DNA of 53,248 nucleotides from Myxococcota bacterium (GTDB lineage Bacteria; Myxococcota_A; Bradymonadia; UBA7976; UBA1532): contig JAYZEG010000025.1 in assembly GCA_036337435.1 (NCBI GenBank), positions 1 through 53,248 on the forward strand, given 5' to 3'. Each line of letters opens with the position of its first letter. Within the stretch, counting starts at the first letter, position 1. The notes under the pieces were generated by a model, which was given only the letters and a program-made list of their open reading frames with translations, did no database searches and was not told the DNA's origin. Position numbers and translations under genes: made by a program. Shown here one piece after another: positions 35,101 to 43,505 of this stretch.

Positions 35101-35636
35101 AGACTTTGGCCTTCTCCTGCGGGCATCAGCTCTTTGACGATCCCGAAGTCAACAAGTCGAACTCGATGTTTGTTATCGACCAGGATATTGGATGGCTTTA
35201 TGTCTCGATGCACCCGTTTATGATCGTGGAGAAAAGCGAGTCCACGGAGCAATTGAACAAGGACTCGCCTCAAACGGTCTAGCCTTGCCGGATTGTAAAG
35301 CATCGAGACGTCTGTCACGACCCGATTGTGTCCGTTGACGAAAACATAGAGATCGCATCCTTCAATTAATTCCATGGTGTAGAAGTATTGGTCTTTGTCA
35401 AAATGCAGGTCGTAGAGTGCAACCAGATTTGGGTGAGACAGAGACGCGACCGCGCGGAATTCTCGTTTGAAATAATGAAGTGCTCGAGGATAGGTAAATT
35501 TGAGTACTTTCAGTGCAAGCTCTTGGCGTGTGATGGGGTCTTCAACCCGGTATACATCGCCCATACCTCCGCCACCCAATTCACCGAGCACTTTGTAACG
35601 GCCAATTTCAGTAGGTCTGTTGGGAGAGGACGGCAT
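32193..35636 (-). CDS. Ser/Thr kinase fused to an AAA_16/STAND-like P-loop ATPase and a helical-repeat C-terminus
   Basis: Kinase motifs LGGGGMGDVY, ALK, HRDIKPSN, DFG and GTSTYFSPE. ATPase motifs FIGR..E, Walker A GQSGFGKT, Walker B LLVIEHLHLAD and TAGNPL. Confidence 0.92.
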   Translation of the reverse strand: MPSSPNRPTEIGRYKVLGELGGGGMGDVYRVEDPITRQELALKVLKFTYPRALHYFKREFRAVASLSHPNLVALYDLHFDKDQYFYTMELIEGCDLYVFVNGHNRVVTDVSMLYNPARLDRLRRVLVQLLRGLAFLHDHKRVHRDIKPSNILVDNKHRVRLVDFGIVKELMPAGEGQSLSQVFGTSTYFSPEQSKGSDVGPKADLYSVGVLLFELLSGKPPFTGASADVALKHRTEKPPALPQTSELSELCYALLRKDPADRPTAREALAMIRVDDTVKANSFEFIGRVHERRVLHETLTDVADGAGRVVIVEGQSGFGKTALLERFATSARLLGATVFSGTCVQRDHVPMRGIDTLVERLAEAYRRETAQIMRRFDLGERAALIDAFGFLGELLPEEEHGVDDGRSTPASGLHRWLSALASKNRVLLLVIEHLHLADESVCDVLENLLSGGSPPPVMLVFTVQTERLEHGGRLHDFLEFVYTRKQSRRIELSPFSQTETRHYLAVHMQPPPLWLAEYIQRETAGNPLLVSAMIDALKDDLDAEPPSLEQTIARQLDRLGDNAKAVVTALAVNGEPLTVATMQDATGLDAKTLYEALRSLSAEDVADLMTTGDEQAFIVGAHEPMMAVVRKQTEHIEQWHEKLALAHQKNRGPARSIRMHWRAIGLDSETENYARAEAKRARVDGKHPRAVEMIQLAIATTTETENLSDLWGDLVDSLARCGQHAQAAAAIGSLEEIDGDRAYSLRGRRCQFHLLAGQLAEYEIHAVDLPTGAHVPLASSLVDFLPDKARELTKGNREAWSQLVVVQLLAQSNTDGDYREAERILTWCAENISDEGPEWAGHFVLAEAAYLRAIGHANDAVDRLQAVLDEIKDKASLDTLLLARLRLSFGCALLDSGHIGTARREMGHLLRQARKQKLPSIRALASILQGRAVLSGGDERVANSFIEEAGKALPATPPSIPHARLSLVRIQQRLLMHDWQSAADMLHDVSVNEQLFAFADIRELRKERSTLALQAYLGQFLTDWTKTGAFNLVPGDGLLRLIASVRPRAIQGLTILSATTALVEDRSQDALDDLSSALNSGEIENGLVRARLLGLRSIIRYHLGRGGRKDWYTAIDILRGIDAAVPPELHTIENLWAEREDETGTST

Positions 35637-35830
35637 GACTTTAGAGTCTCCAGAAAATAACCGATGTCGTCAGAAGACTCGTCAACGGCGCGGAAATCAA
35701 GCGTCCCATGCGATCGCATCAAAAAACATCACCTTTGGTGCGTGAAGATAGATTCGCCCATAGGGCGTTGAGTGTCGCTGTTGACCATGTTATCCCGAAT
35801 TTCATCCAACGGGATGGGTACGGGAGTGAA

Positions 35831-36670
35831 ATGCCAAAACTAGACCAGTTTGAGAGTGTGTTCCGTGCGGCGGCGAAGCAGGTTTACACTGAACCTGAAT
35901 GCGATATTTTGAGAGTGTGTATCGTCGTTGATGATGCCGATGTTGACCCATCTCCTTTCACTGTGAGCGTCAAGACCTATCTCGCAGGATTACCGACTTT
36001 TGACCAAATCCGATGGGATATATTCGATGCGGCTGACAGCAGCCTCTCAGCCCTTCTTCTGTTCATTCAAGATGAAAAGCCGGACATGGTTTGTACATAT
36101 CGGCAATTGTGTGCGAGACAACAAGATTGGGTTCCGGGTTTGGGTGATTACGTAGAAATGCTCACCCAAGTCACAGAGGTTCCGGTTTTACTTTTTCCGA
36201 ACCCGCAGACGGCGGGTTATCGAACTCAACCCAAAACAATTATGGCTGTAACGGACCACATGAGCGGGGAACACCGCTTGGTGACGTTCGCGGCCAAAAT
36301 GACGCCGGAAAAAGCGCGCTTACTTTTGGCCCACGTTGAGGACGACGCCATCTTCGAGAAATACTTAGTCATCATCGGAAAGATTGCCGACATCGATACG
36401 GAAACGGCCAGACGAACCATCCGCGAGCGCCTCATGAAAGAGGCGAGAGAGTATATGTCGAGCTGTGCAGAGGCATTGAGACGGGCAGGACTCGAGATTG
36501 AGACGCGTGCAATGTGGGGTCATCATGTCTCGGTCTATCAAGAATTGGTGAGGCGAGACGAAATCGACTTGCTGGTTATGAATACGAAAGACGACGACCA
36601 ATTGGCCATGCATGGACTTGCTTACCCGCTGGCCGTTGAATTCACACAAATCCCCGTTCTTCTCCTGTGA
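35831..36670 (+). CDS. Tandem universal-stress-protein (USP)-like protein
   Basis: GGAG RBS before ATG 35831. Two USP-like halves, each ending in PVLL: RVCIVVD…DMVCT…VPVLLFP and TIMAVTD…LLLAHV…DLLVM…IPVLLL. Confidence 0.7.
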   Translation: MPKLDQFESVFRAAAKQVYTEPECDILRVCIVVDDADVDPSPFTVSVKTYLAGLPTFDQIRWDIFDAADSSLSALLLFIQDEKPDMVCTYRQLCARQQDWVPGLGDYVEMLTQVTEVPVLLFPNPQTAGYRTQPKTIMAVTDHMSGEHRLVTFAAKMTPEKARLLLAHVEDDAIFEKYLVIIGKIADIDTETARRTIRERLMKEAREYMSSCAEALRRAGLEIETRAMWGHHVSVYQELVRRDEIDLLVMNTKDDDQLAMHGLAYPLAVEFTQIPVLLL

Positions 36671-38070
36671 TCCCGATGTTGTTTTTTGCCACAACGAGCC
36701 AGCATGCGCACCACCAGGTCAGTTTGACAACGACACTGATCTTCACCGCGATCCTTGTCGCTTTGATTCTCTGCTTGGCCTTAGAAGAGAAGATTCACGC
36801 CAAAAAATCCCTCATTGCTGGGGTCTTTGCGGTAATTTCGGTTTTGGCTGCTGCTGCTTTTGGACTCTTGCCCATCGGGCATGTCACGAATGTCTTCGGC
36901 GAGACCCTCCACCTCCCCGTTTTTTTGCAGGGGGTCGACTGGTCTGTCATCGGAATTATTCTTGGTTCGAGTATCTTTGTGGACGTGACATCCCAATCGG
37001 GTTTGTTTACATGGATTTCACTCAAGCTCACGAAATTCTCCCAAGGGGATCCGAGAAAGCTGCTTTGGTTGTACGGTCTGATGACCGTTCTTTTCTCCGC
37101 AGTGCTCAACAACGTCACGGCCATGATCATTGTTGGGTCACTGACTGTGGTCAGTCTTGAACGGCTGAATCGTCGTGAGCTTTTGCTTGGCTTCTTGTTG
37201 ATCGAGGGATTGCTCACAAACGTTGGCGGTCTACTTACGTTGATTAGCTCGGTGCCGAACATCATCGTCGGCACGGCTGCAAACATCAGCTTTGTGACGT
37301 TTTTTATCGTGGCCGCACCGTACGTTTTGGTGGCGACCGTGATCACGATCTTTATCGGGTCTAAGCAATTTAAAATCTTCCCACTTGAGACGGCCCAAGA
37401 ACGTCGGGATGCTCAAGAGCTGATGAAGCAATTTGATGAAAACGACGGGATTGATAGCCCTCGGTTTTTCAAATTCAGTGCGGTCATGACAGTGGCCTTT
37501 ATTTTGGTGATTGCGACCACATCCATCTTGCCTTGGGTTAAAGATTTAGGAATGTCTTTTGTCGCGTTGGCATTCGCAGTGATCATGTTGATTCGTTACA
37601 AATCCGAGGTCGACCGATTCTACAAAGCTGTCGATTGGGATTTATTGGGTTTTTTTGCGGCTCTGTTTGTTGTCATAAACGTTATGGAACATGCGCGTGT
37701 GCTCCATCTCATCGGGCTCGGGCTGCAGGCCATCATCGGCCTTGGTCAGACGACCGGTAGCGCGTTGATGCTGGTGAGTGCAGCAGGCTTTAGTTCGGTC
37801 ACCGACAATATCCCCCTGGCGGCCATGCTTTCAAAAATTTTGGTCAGCCTGGGGACGTCTCAAGATTCATCCCTTTGGTGGACTGTGATATTCGGTGCAA
37901 ATCTGGGTGGCAATATCACGCCCATCGGCAGCGCATCGACCCTTGTCGCAGTCACCATCATGCACAAACACAAACTCAAGATGAGTTTTGCGGGTTTTGT
38001 TAAAGTGGCCGCGCCCTATGCGCTGCTGCAGATCGCTGTTGCAACGGTCTATGTTCTTGTCTTTCTCTAA
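36667..38070 (+). CDS. ArsB/NhaD-superfamily (SLC13/P-protein-like) permease
   Basis: About 11-12 hydrophobic segments. Motifs SAVLNNVT, NVGGLLTLISSVPN, VDWDLL, SSVTDNIP and GANLGGNITPIGSAS. GTGA overlap with the USP gene. Confidence 0.88.
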   Translation: MIPMLFFATTSQHAHHQVSLTTTLIFTAILVALILCLALEEKIHAKKSLIAGVFAVISVLAAAAFGLLPIGHVTNVFGETLHLPVFLQGVDWSVIGIILGSSIFVDVTSQSGLFTWISLKLTKFSQGDPRKLLWLYGLMTVLFSAVLNNVTAMIIVGSLTVVSLERLNRRELLLGFLLIEGLLTNVGGLLTLISSVPNIIVGTAANISFVTFFIVAAPYVLVATVITIFIGSKQFKIFPLETAQERRDAQELMKQFDENDGIDSPRFFKFSAVMTVAFILVIATTSILPWVKDLGMSFVALAFAVIMLIRYKSEVDRFYKAVDWDLLGFFAALFVVINVMEHARVLHLIGLGLQAIIGLGQTTGSALMLVSAAGFSSVTDNIPLAAMLSKILVSLGTSQDSSLWWTVIFGANLGGNITPIGSASTLVAVTIMHKHKLKMSFAGFVKVAAPYALLQIAVATVYVLVFL

Positions 38071-38091
38071 TCGTTCATTTTGGAGCACGGG

Positions 38092-39579
38092 ATGAGCCTA
38101 CAATACGCAGCGGTCGACTTGGGTTCCAATAGTTTCCATCTGCTTGTGGTTCGTCTTGCTGCAGGGGAAATGCAGGTTGTCGACAAGTTGCGCGAGCGGG
38201 TGCGGTTAGCGGAAGGTCTCGGCGAAGATAAGCACCTCGATGGCGATGTACGCGAGCGAGCACTTGCGTGCCTGTCTAACTTTAAGCAGCGACTGGCTGA
38301 TGTGCCGGCGGCCCATATTCGCGTTTGCGGAACGAACACGTTCCGAAAAATGGCCGATAGCGACGCTTTTCTCGCCGAAGCGGAGGCAGCACTTGGGCAT
38401 CGAATTGAAATTGTCTCGGGACAAGAAGAAGCGCGGCTTGTGTATCGAGGTGTCTGCCAGAATCTGCAATATTGCGATGAGAAACGCCTTGTTATCGACA
38501 TTGGCGGCGGCAGCACCGAATGCATCGTTGGCCATGGCGATCTCATTACGCGGGCAGACAGCTTGTATATGGGGTGCGTTGGCTACACAGTCCGTTTCTT
38601 TAAAAAGCGGAAGATCACTCAGAAAACGATAGATAAGGCGGTCATCGCGGCCCGACTCGAAGTCGGGTCTCTGCATCGGTCTTTCAAGTCGATTGGCTGG
38701 GACGTGTGCTATGGCTCGTCCGGTACCGTTAATGCTATCCAGGATGTCCTGGCTGCCAGTGGGCGCAGTCGAGATGAAATCACCCTCGCCGACTTAAAAT
38801 GGCTTTTGGATGAAGTGGTCGACGCCGGCGATGTCAAACACCTTCGTTTGCAGGGCTTAAAGCCCGAACGCGCAGTGGTGTTTGCCGCTGGACTCTGCAT
38901 TTTATATGGATTGTTTCGCAGTTTGGCCATCGACCGTATGTATGCCTCTCCCACCGCGATGCGGGAAGGTATTATCGCCGATGTGATGGGTCGAAGCAGA
39001 GATACAGACATCCGTGATGAGACGGTTCGACGCATGGGCACCCGCTACAGTTGGGACGAGGCTCACAGCAAGCGTGTTGCACATGTGGTCGATGAATTAG
39101 CAAGACAAGCTTTACCAGCGTGGGGCATCGACACCGTCGAAAACCGAAATTTACTGAACTGGACAGCGCAGCTTCATGAGGTTGGGAAAGCCATCAATTA
39201 TACCGGGTACCATCGGCACGGTTCTTACCTTGTTGCCAATAGCAACATGGCTGGCTTCTCGCGTCGGCAACAGGCACTTTTAGCCGCTCTCATATTGGGG
39301 CAGCGACGTAAGCTGATTCCCGAGCGAATCAGCGGTTTAGTCGGTCGAGATTTGACCAACGTATTGAGGTTAATCGTGTTGTTTCGGCTCGCAAGTCGCG
39401 TGTGCAGAACCCGAAGCCCGAACCCCCGTCCATCCATCATGATTACGGTCAGCGGTCAAAAACTGAGCCTTGGATTTCCCAAGGGCTGGATTGCAAGCAA
39501 GCCGTTGACACTCGGCGATTTAAAACAGGAGCAACGTTGGTTATCCTCGGCGGGGTTTGAGTTGACTTGGAACGATTAG
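38092..39579 (+). CDS. ppx: Exopolyphosphatase / pppGpp phosphatase (Ppx/GppA, long form with HD-like C-terminal domain)
   Basis: AVDLGSNSFH, SGQEEARL, DIGGGSTE, GSSGT, MREG and QLHEVG. GGAG RBS before ATG 38092. Confidence 0.93.
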   Translation: MSLQYAAVDLGSNSFHLLVVRLAAGEMQVVDKLRERVRLAEGLGEDKHLDGDVRERALACLSNFKQRLADVPAAHIRVCGTNTFRKMADSDAFLAEAEAALGHRIEIVSGQEEARLVYRGVCQNLQYCDEKRLVIDIGGGSTECIVGHGDLITRADSLYMGCVGYTVRFFKKRKITQKTIDKAVIAARLEVGSLHRSFKSIGWDVCYGSSGTVNAIQDVLAASGRSRDEITLADLKWLLDEVVDAGDVKHLRLQGLKPERAVVFAAGLCILYGLFRSLAIDRMYASPTAMREGIIADVMGRSRDTDIRDETVRRMGTRYSWDEAHSKRVAHVVDELARQALPAWGIDTVENRNLLNWTAQLHEVGKAINYTGYHRHGSYLVANSNMAGFSRRQQALLAALILGQRRKLIPERISGLVGRDLTNVLRLIVLFRLASRVCRTRSPNPRPSIMITVSGQKLSLGFPKGWIASKPLTLGDLKQEQRWLSSAGFELTWND

Positions 39580-40013
39580 TTGGACCTATTGGGTTCGATT
39601 ATCCCCTTGAGTTGGGCCTTCAAAACCAGTTCCCCGTCGCTGTGGATTTGACCCTCAGCTATGACCATTTTGAGTCGGGTTCTCTTGATGCTGATGCGAT
39701 AAATCACCTGTGCTCCTGGCTCGACCATACGTCGAATGCGACAGTTTTCAACCCCGGTCAAAAATACGGTTCCAGGCCCCGTTTCGATCAGCGCAAGGTA
39801 GGCCAATGTCTGGGCTAATCCTTCGAGCAGAATGACCCCAGGTACGATGGGTTTGCCCGGGAAATGACCTGCGAAAAAATCGTTGTCAATGAACGTGTAG
39901 GATGCACTGATGTCTGTGGCTGTACACGCCAGCACATCATCGACAAACAAGAAAGGTGGGCGGTGTGGTAAGATATCCGATGGCGATGGATAGCGGCTTG
40001 TCTGATCAACCAT
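39576..40013 (-). CDS. fabZ: 3-hydroxyacyl-ACP dehydratase
   Basis: LPHRPPFLFVD and FFAGHFPGKPIVPGVILLEGLAQ. AAGGAG RBS. Confidence 0.9.
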   Translation of the reverse strand: MVDQTSRYPSPSDILPHRPPFLFVDDVLACTATDISASYTFIDNDFFAGHFPGKPIVPGVILLEGLAQTLAYLALIETGPGTVFLTGVENCRIRRMVEPGAQVIYRISIKRTRLKMVIAEGQIHSDGELVLKAQLKGIIEPNRSN

Positions 40014-40228
40014 AGATTTCTCTCCTTGGCCGTCGTCGAGAGGCTGCTTGGCAGCGTTAAGACCGAGGCCTTGGGGTTCATTACCTCATAGGTATTGCTC
40101 GTAAACACCAACAAACATAGCGGCTTCACGCGGAAATTAGCGTGGGAAGCAGCCCCGTTTGGCAGCCATTTACCCATGTATTAGTCGCTCAAAATAGCGG
40201 GAATTACAAAATTCACCCATTTGACCAC

Positions 40229-40256
40229 TAGACGCGAGAAAAAAAGCAGATACAAT
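40229..40256 (+). promoter_or_regulatory. Candidate sigma70 promoter of dksA
   Basis: TAGACG-16bp-TACAAT, bracketed by the inverted repeat AGACGCG (40230-40236) / CGCGTCT (40259-40265). Confidence 0.4.
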
Positions 40257-40323
40257 AACGCGTCTCCAAAAGGCGTCACGACGCCACAAGGTGCATGTAT
40301 CTGAGAGCTGAAGAGAGAGTAAT

Positions 40324-40752
40324 ATGACTGATAAAGTCTTACCGGGTGATAATCGAGAGGATGAGGGGTATGACGGTGTGCCTGCTGAATTGCTTCAGCA
40401 GCGAACGGACGAATTCCGCACACTTCTACTCAATGAGCGCCAGCGGTTGATGAAGAATGCTCAACGGACTTTGACCGAAGAGATGACGGTTGACCAAGAC
40501 GACCTTGCTGATGAGATGGATTTGGCGAGTGCTGATTATAATCAAAACTTGTCATTTCGACTCCGTGGTCGAGAGCGCCACCTGCTATCGAAAATTGAGG
40601 ACGCCCTCGAGCGGCTCGATGAAGATGAGTACTGGTCTTGTGAGGAATGCGGAGCTTGGATCGGGTTTCGCCGCTTGCGAGCACGACCTGTTACGAAACT
40701 CTGCATTATTTGTAAGGAAAAGCAGGAACATAAAGAGCGGGCCTTCGCTTAA
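40324..40752 (+). CDS. dksA: DksA/TraR family RNA polymerase-binding factor
   Basis: Coiled-coil tip DEMDLA (DxxDxA), Zn finger CEEC…CIIC, and RLRARP. Confidence 0.92.
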   Translation: MTDKVLPGDNREDEGYDGVPAELLQQRTDEFRTLLLNERQRLMKNAQRTLTEEMTVDQDDLADEMDLASADYNQNLSFRLRGRERHLLSKIEDALERLDEDEYWSCEECGAWIGFRRLRARPVTKLCIICKEKQEHKERAFA

Positions 40753-40847
40753 TCGGGCTTGCCATGCGCAAACCGCGGATCAATCACTGTCACACGGTCA
40801 GGCCATCCAACCGTGGCCCAATGCGATTCACCCGACTGACGGATATC

Positions 40848-43436
40848 ATGAACAAGACTCTCTTTTTGGCCGTTTTTTTGGTGAGTATATTGGTCGGCTG
40901 CTCTGAAGATCCGCCCACATATACAGCTGAGCCCGATGCGGCTCCAAATCTCGATGGCAGCCAAACCAAACCCGATGTTGAGATTGATTCTGAGCCGATT
41001 CCCGATGCTCAAATCGTCGATATGGCCGTCGAGTTGGAGCCTGATATGGGCTGTCCTAGCCCCAGCGTTGACGCTGACGAATTATGCGATGGCTGCGATA
41101 ATGACAATGACGGTGTCGTCGACGAATCCTTGTCGCGGCGTTGTTGGGATGGCCCAGCCGGCACCCAAGGCCGAGGCGAATGTAGAGATGGCCAGCAAAC
41201 CTGTTCGATGGGAATTTGGGGCGAATGTGGACAACAAGTTCTGCCTTCTCCGGAGACCTGCGACGGGTTAGACCAGGACTGCGATGGAGACGTGGACGAA
41301 GCCCTGTTTGAAGAGTGTGGTGAAGCACCTAATGACGGCATCGGTGTTTGCCGGGCTGGTCGGAAACAATGCCTCGAAGGCACGTGGAGTGAGTGTGGCT
41401 CGCCCGTTGGGCCCTCAGATGAAGTGTGTGACGGACTCGACAACGATTGCAATGGTCTAGCCGATGAGAGCTTTGAGGACCGAGATATGGATGGGGTGGC
41501 CGATTGTGCTGACGATGACAGTGATGGTGATGGTCTCATCAACCAGGAAGACAATTGTGTAAACGCGCCAAATGCAGATCAAAGTGATTTGGATGGCGAC
41601 GGCCTCGGGGATGTTTGTGATCCTGATGCCGATGATGATGGCGTCCTGGCAGCCGATGATTGTGACCCACTCTCAGCCGCACGGTTTCCGGGCGCAAGCG
41701 AGCGCTGCGACGGTGCTGACGATGATTGTGACGGTCTCATCGATGAGGGCTTACAAAGAGAGTGCTATGACGGGCCTGATGACACCCAGGGCGTTGGTCT
41801 TTGTCGCACTGGAGTCAGTCGATGCAGCGAGGGTATCTGGCAGATGTGTCAAGGCCAGGTGATTCCCGAGGCTGACTTTTGCTCGGGCCTTGATGAAGAT
41901 TGCGACGGCTCTTCTGATGAAGGCCTTGATCCGGGTTGGCCCGATGCGGACCGCGACGGATACGGCGATGACAACGCACCGCCCGTGTGCCCTCGGCCGG
42001 TAGATTACGTCGACCGTGCCGGTGATTGTAATGACCAAGCTCGAGCCATCAGTCCTGATGCTGCAGATGACCCAATCGATTTAGACTACCAAGACCGAAA
42101 TTGTGATGGTGTGGATGGCGTAGCCCTCGAAATGGTCTTTGTTGACCCTGACTCAGCACCCGAGGCAGCCGTTGGAACCATCGACGCCCCGTTCACTGAC
42201 ATCGCATCGGCGCTGGCTCATGCTGACGCTGAAGGTTTGACGACCATTGCGCTCTCAACCGGGGTCTATCTTGGCACGGTCGTTTTATCGGATGGTGTTC
42301 ATATCGCCGGTGGATATGATGCCCGCTTAAATTGGCGACGAGCGGAGGAAGGCGAGTCAACCATCATTGGGCAGGCGCAGATGAATGGTGATCTGGTCGG
42401 CCTCATCGCCGACAACATCGACACGCCAACCGTGGTCGCACGACTGCGTGTTCAAACACCCGACCAAAACCAATTAAATGGATCAAACTTTGGTGTTTTG
42501 GCGACTGATTCTCCCAATTTAAAACTTCTGGACGTATCCGTAGAAACAGGGTCCGGTGGACCGGGTGAGTCCGGAGGGCAGGGGGCTGTAGGCACCCCGG
42601 GTGCAGACGGCCAAACTGGTGGTGACTGCGGAGGTGGAATCGGCGAAGGCGGCGTCAGCGTTTGTGGTGCGGATGGTGGCTCCGGTGGCCGCGGTGGTAA
42701 CCGTGAAGATGGACGGAATGGAGCACCTGACGGGTGTGGTGGCCGAGGCGGTGACCGGGGCGATTGGGCTGCCGGCGACAATGGCAGAAACGGCTGTTCC
42801 GGCACGCCCGGTGCGTCAGGCGAGCCAGGGCGTGGCTCGAGCGAATCAGAGTTTATTGATGATCGATGGGTTGTCGGCCATGGCCTAACAGGGAGCCGTG
42901 GAGAAGCCGGTACCCCAGGTGGTGGTGGCGGAGGCGGCGGTGGTGCCGCAGTCATTGGTCGTCGAGGAGGCGACGGTGGCGGCGGAGGTGGGGCTGGCTG
43001 CGGCGGTGATGGTGGCTTTGGCGGTCGTCATGGCGGCGGGAGCTTCGGCGTTGTTATCGTACGCAGTGCCGGTCTGACCTTGGAGCGTTGTACCATCAAC
43101 AGTGGGTCGGGTGGACCTGGTGGTGCATCTGGGCCTGGCGGAGACGGTGGGTCTGGTGGGCGTGGTGGACGTGGCGGTGAAGGGGCGCGCGCATTTTCCT
43201 GTGGTGGTGTTGCCGGGCCTGGCGATGGTGGCAATGGTGGCGATGGTGGTCCCGGTGGCCCAGGTGGGTCTGGTCAAAGCGGTGACGGTGGTCCCAGTAT
43301 TGCGTTGTTCTGTGTCGATGGCTCAGCCACGACCATAGAAAATAGTTTTGCTGCCGGTTTAGCGGGCGAAGCTGGCGTGGCCATCGAGCAGGCTGGTGAA
43401 GCTGGGCTATCCTTAGACGTACTGGGTTGCCAGTAA
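40848..43436 (+). CDS. Cys/Asp-rich lipoprotein with metal-binding repeats, TSP3 repeats, DUF1565-like beta-helix and Gly-rich tail
   Basis: Lipobox LVGC. Five ExCDGxDxDCDGxxDE-type repeats. TSP3-like DNCVNAPNADQSDLDGDGLGDVCD. VFVD…GTIDAPFTDIASAL followed by PGRS-like Gly tracts. Confidence 0.85.
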   Translation: MNKTLFLAVFLVSILVGCSEDPPTYTAEPDAAPNLDGSQTKPDVEIDSEPIPDAQIVDMAVELEPDMGCPSPSVDADELCDGCDNDNDGVVDESLSRRCWDGPAGTQGRGECRDGQQTCSMGIWGECGQQVLPSPETCDGLDQDCDGDVDEALFEECGEAPNDGIGVCRAGRKQCLEGTWSECGSPVGPSDEVCDGLDNDCNGLADESFEDRDMDGVADCADDDSDGDGLINQEDNCVNAPNADQSDLDGDGLGDVCDPDADDDGVLAADDCDPLSAARFPGASERCDGADDDCDGLIDEGLQRECYDGPDDTQGVGLCRTGVSRCSEGIWQMCQGQVIPEADFCSGLDEDCDGSSDEGLDPGWPDADRDGYGDDNAPPVCPRPVDYVDRAGDCNDQARAISPDAADDPIDLDYQDRNCDGVDGVALEMVFVDPDSAPEAAVGTIDAPFTDIASALAHADAEGLTTIALSTGVYLGTVVLSDGVHIAGGYDARLNWRRAEEGESTIIGQAQMNGDLVGLIADNIDTPTVVARLRVQTPDQNQLNGSNFGVLATDSPNLKLLDVSVETGSGGPGESGGQGAVGTPGADGQTGGDCGGGIGEGGVSVCGADGGSGGRGGNREDGRNGAPDGCGGRGGDRGDWAAGDNGRNGCSGTPGASGEPGRGSSESEFIDDRWVVGHGLTGSRGEAGTPGGGGGGGGGAAVIGRRGGDGGGGGGAGCGGDGGFGGRHGGGSFGVVIVRSAGLTLERCTINSGSGGPGGASGPGGDGGSGGRGGRGGEGARAFSCGGVAGPGDGGNGGDGGPGGPGGSGQSGDGGPSIALFCVDGSATTIENSFAAGLAGEAGVAIEQAGEAGLSLDVLGCQ

Positions 43437-43505
43437 CTTTTCTCCTTTCAGATAACGGTCTCAATCGGTAGGGTGCAGGCCATCAAACCGACTGGAGAAC
43501 GACCG

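Noticed and set aside
39815..40177. 120-aa minus-strand ORF overlapping the fabZ start, with an internal GAGG-ATG
   Set aside because: It overlaps fabZ out of frame and has no recognisable motif; fabZ has its own AAGGAG RBS.
42452..43464. Pro-, His- and Thr-rich minus-strand ORFs
   Set aside because: Shadows of the Gly-rich tail of the 40848-43436 lipoprotein, with no independent RBS or domain.
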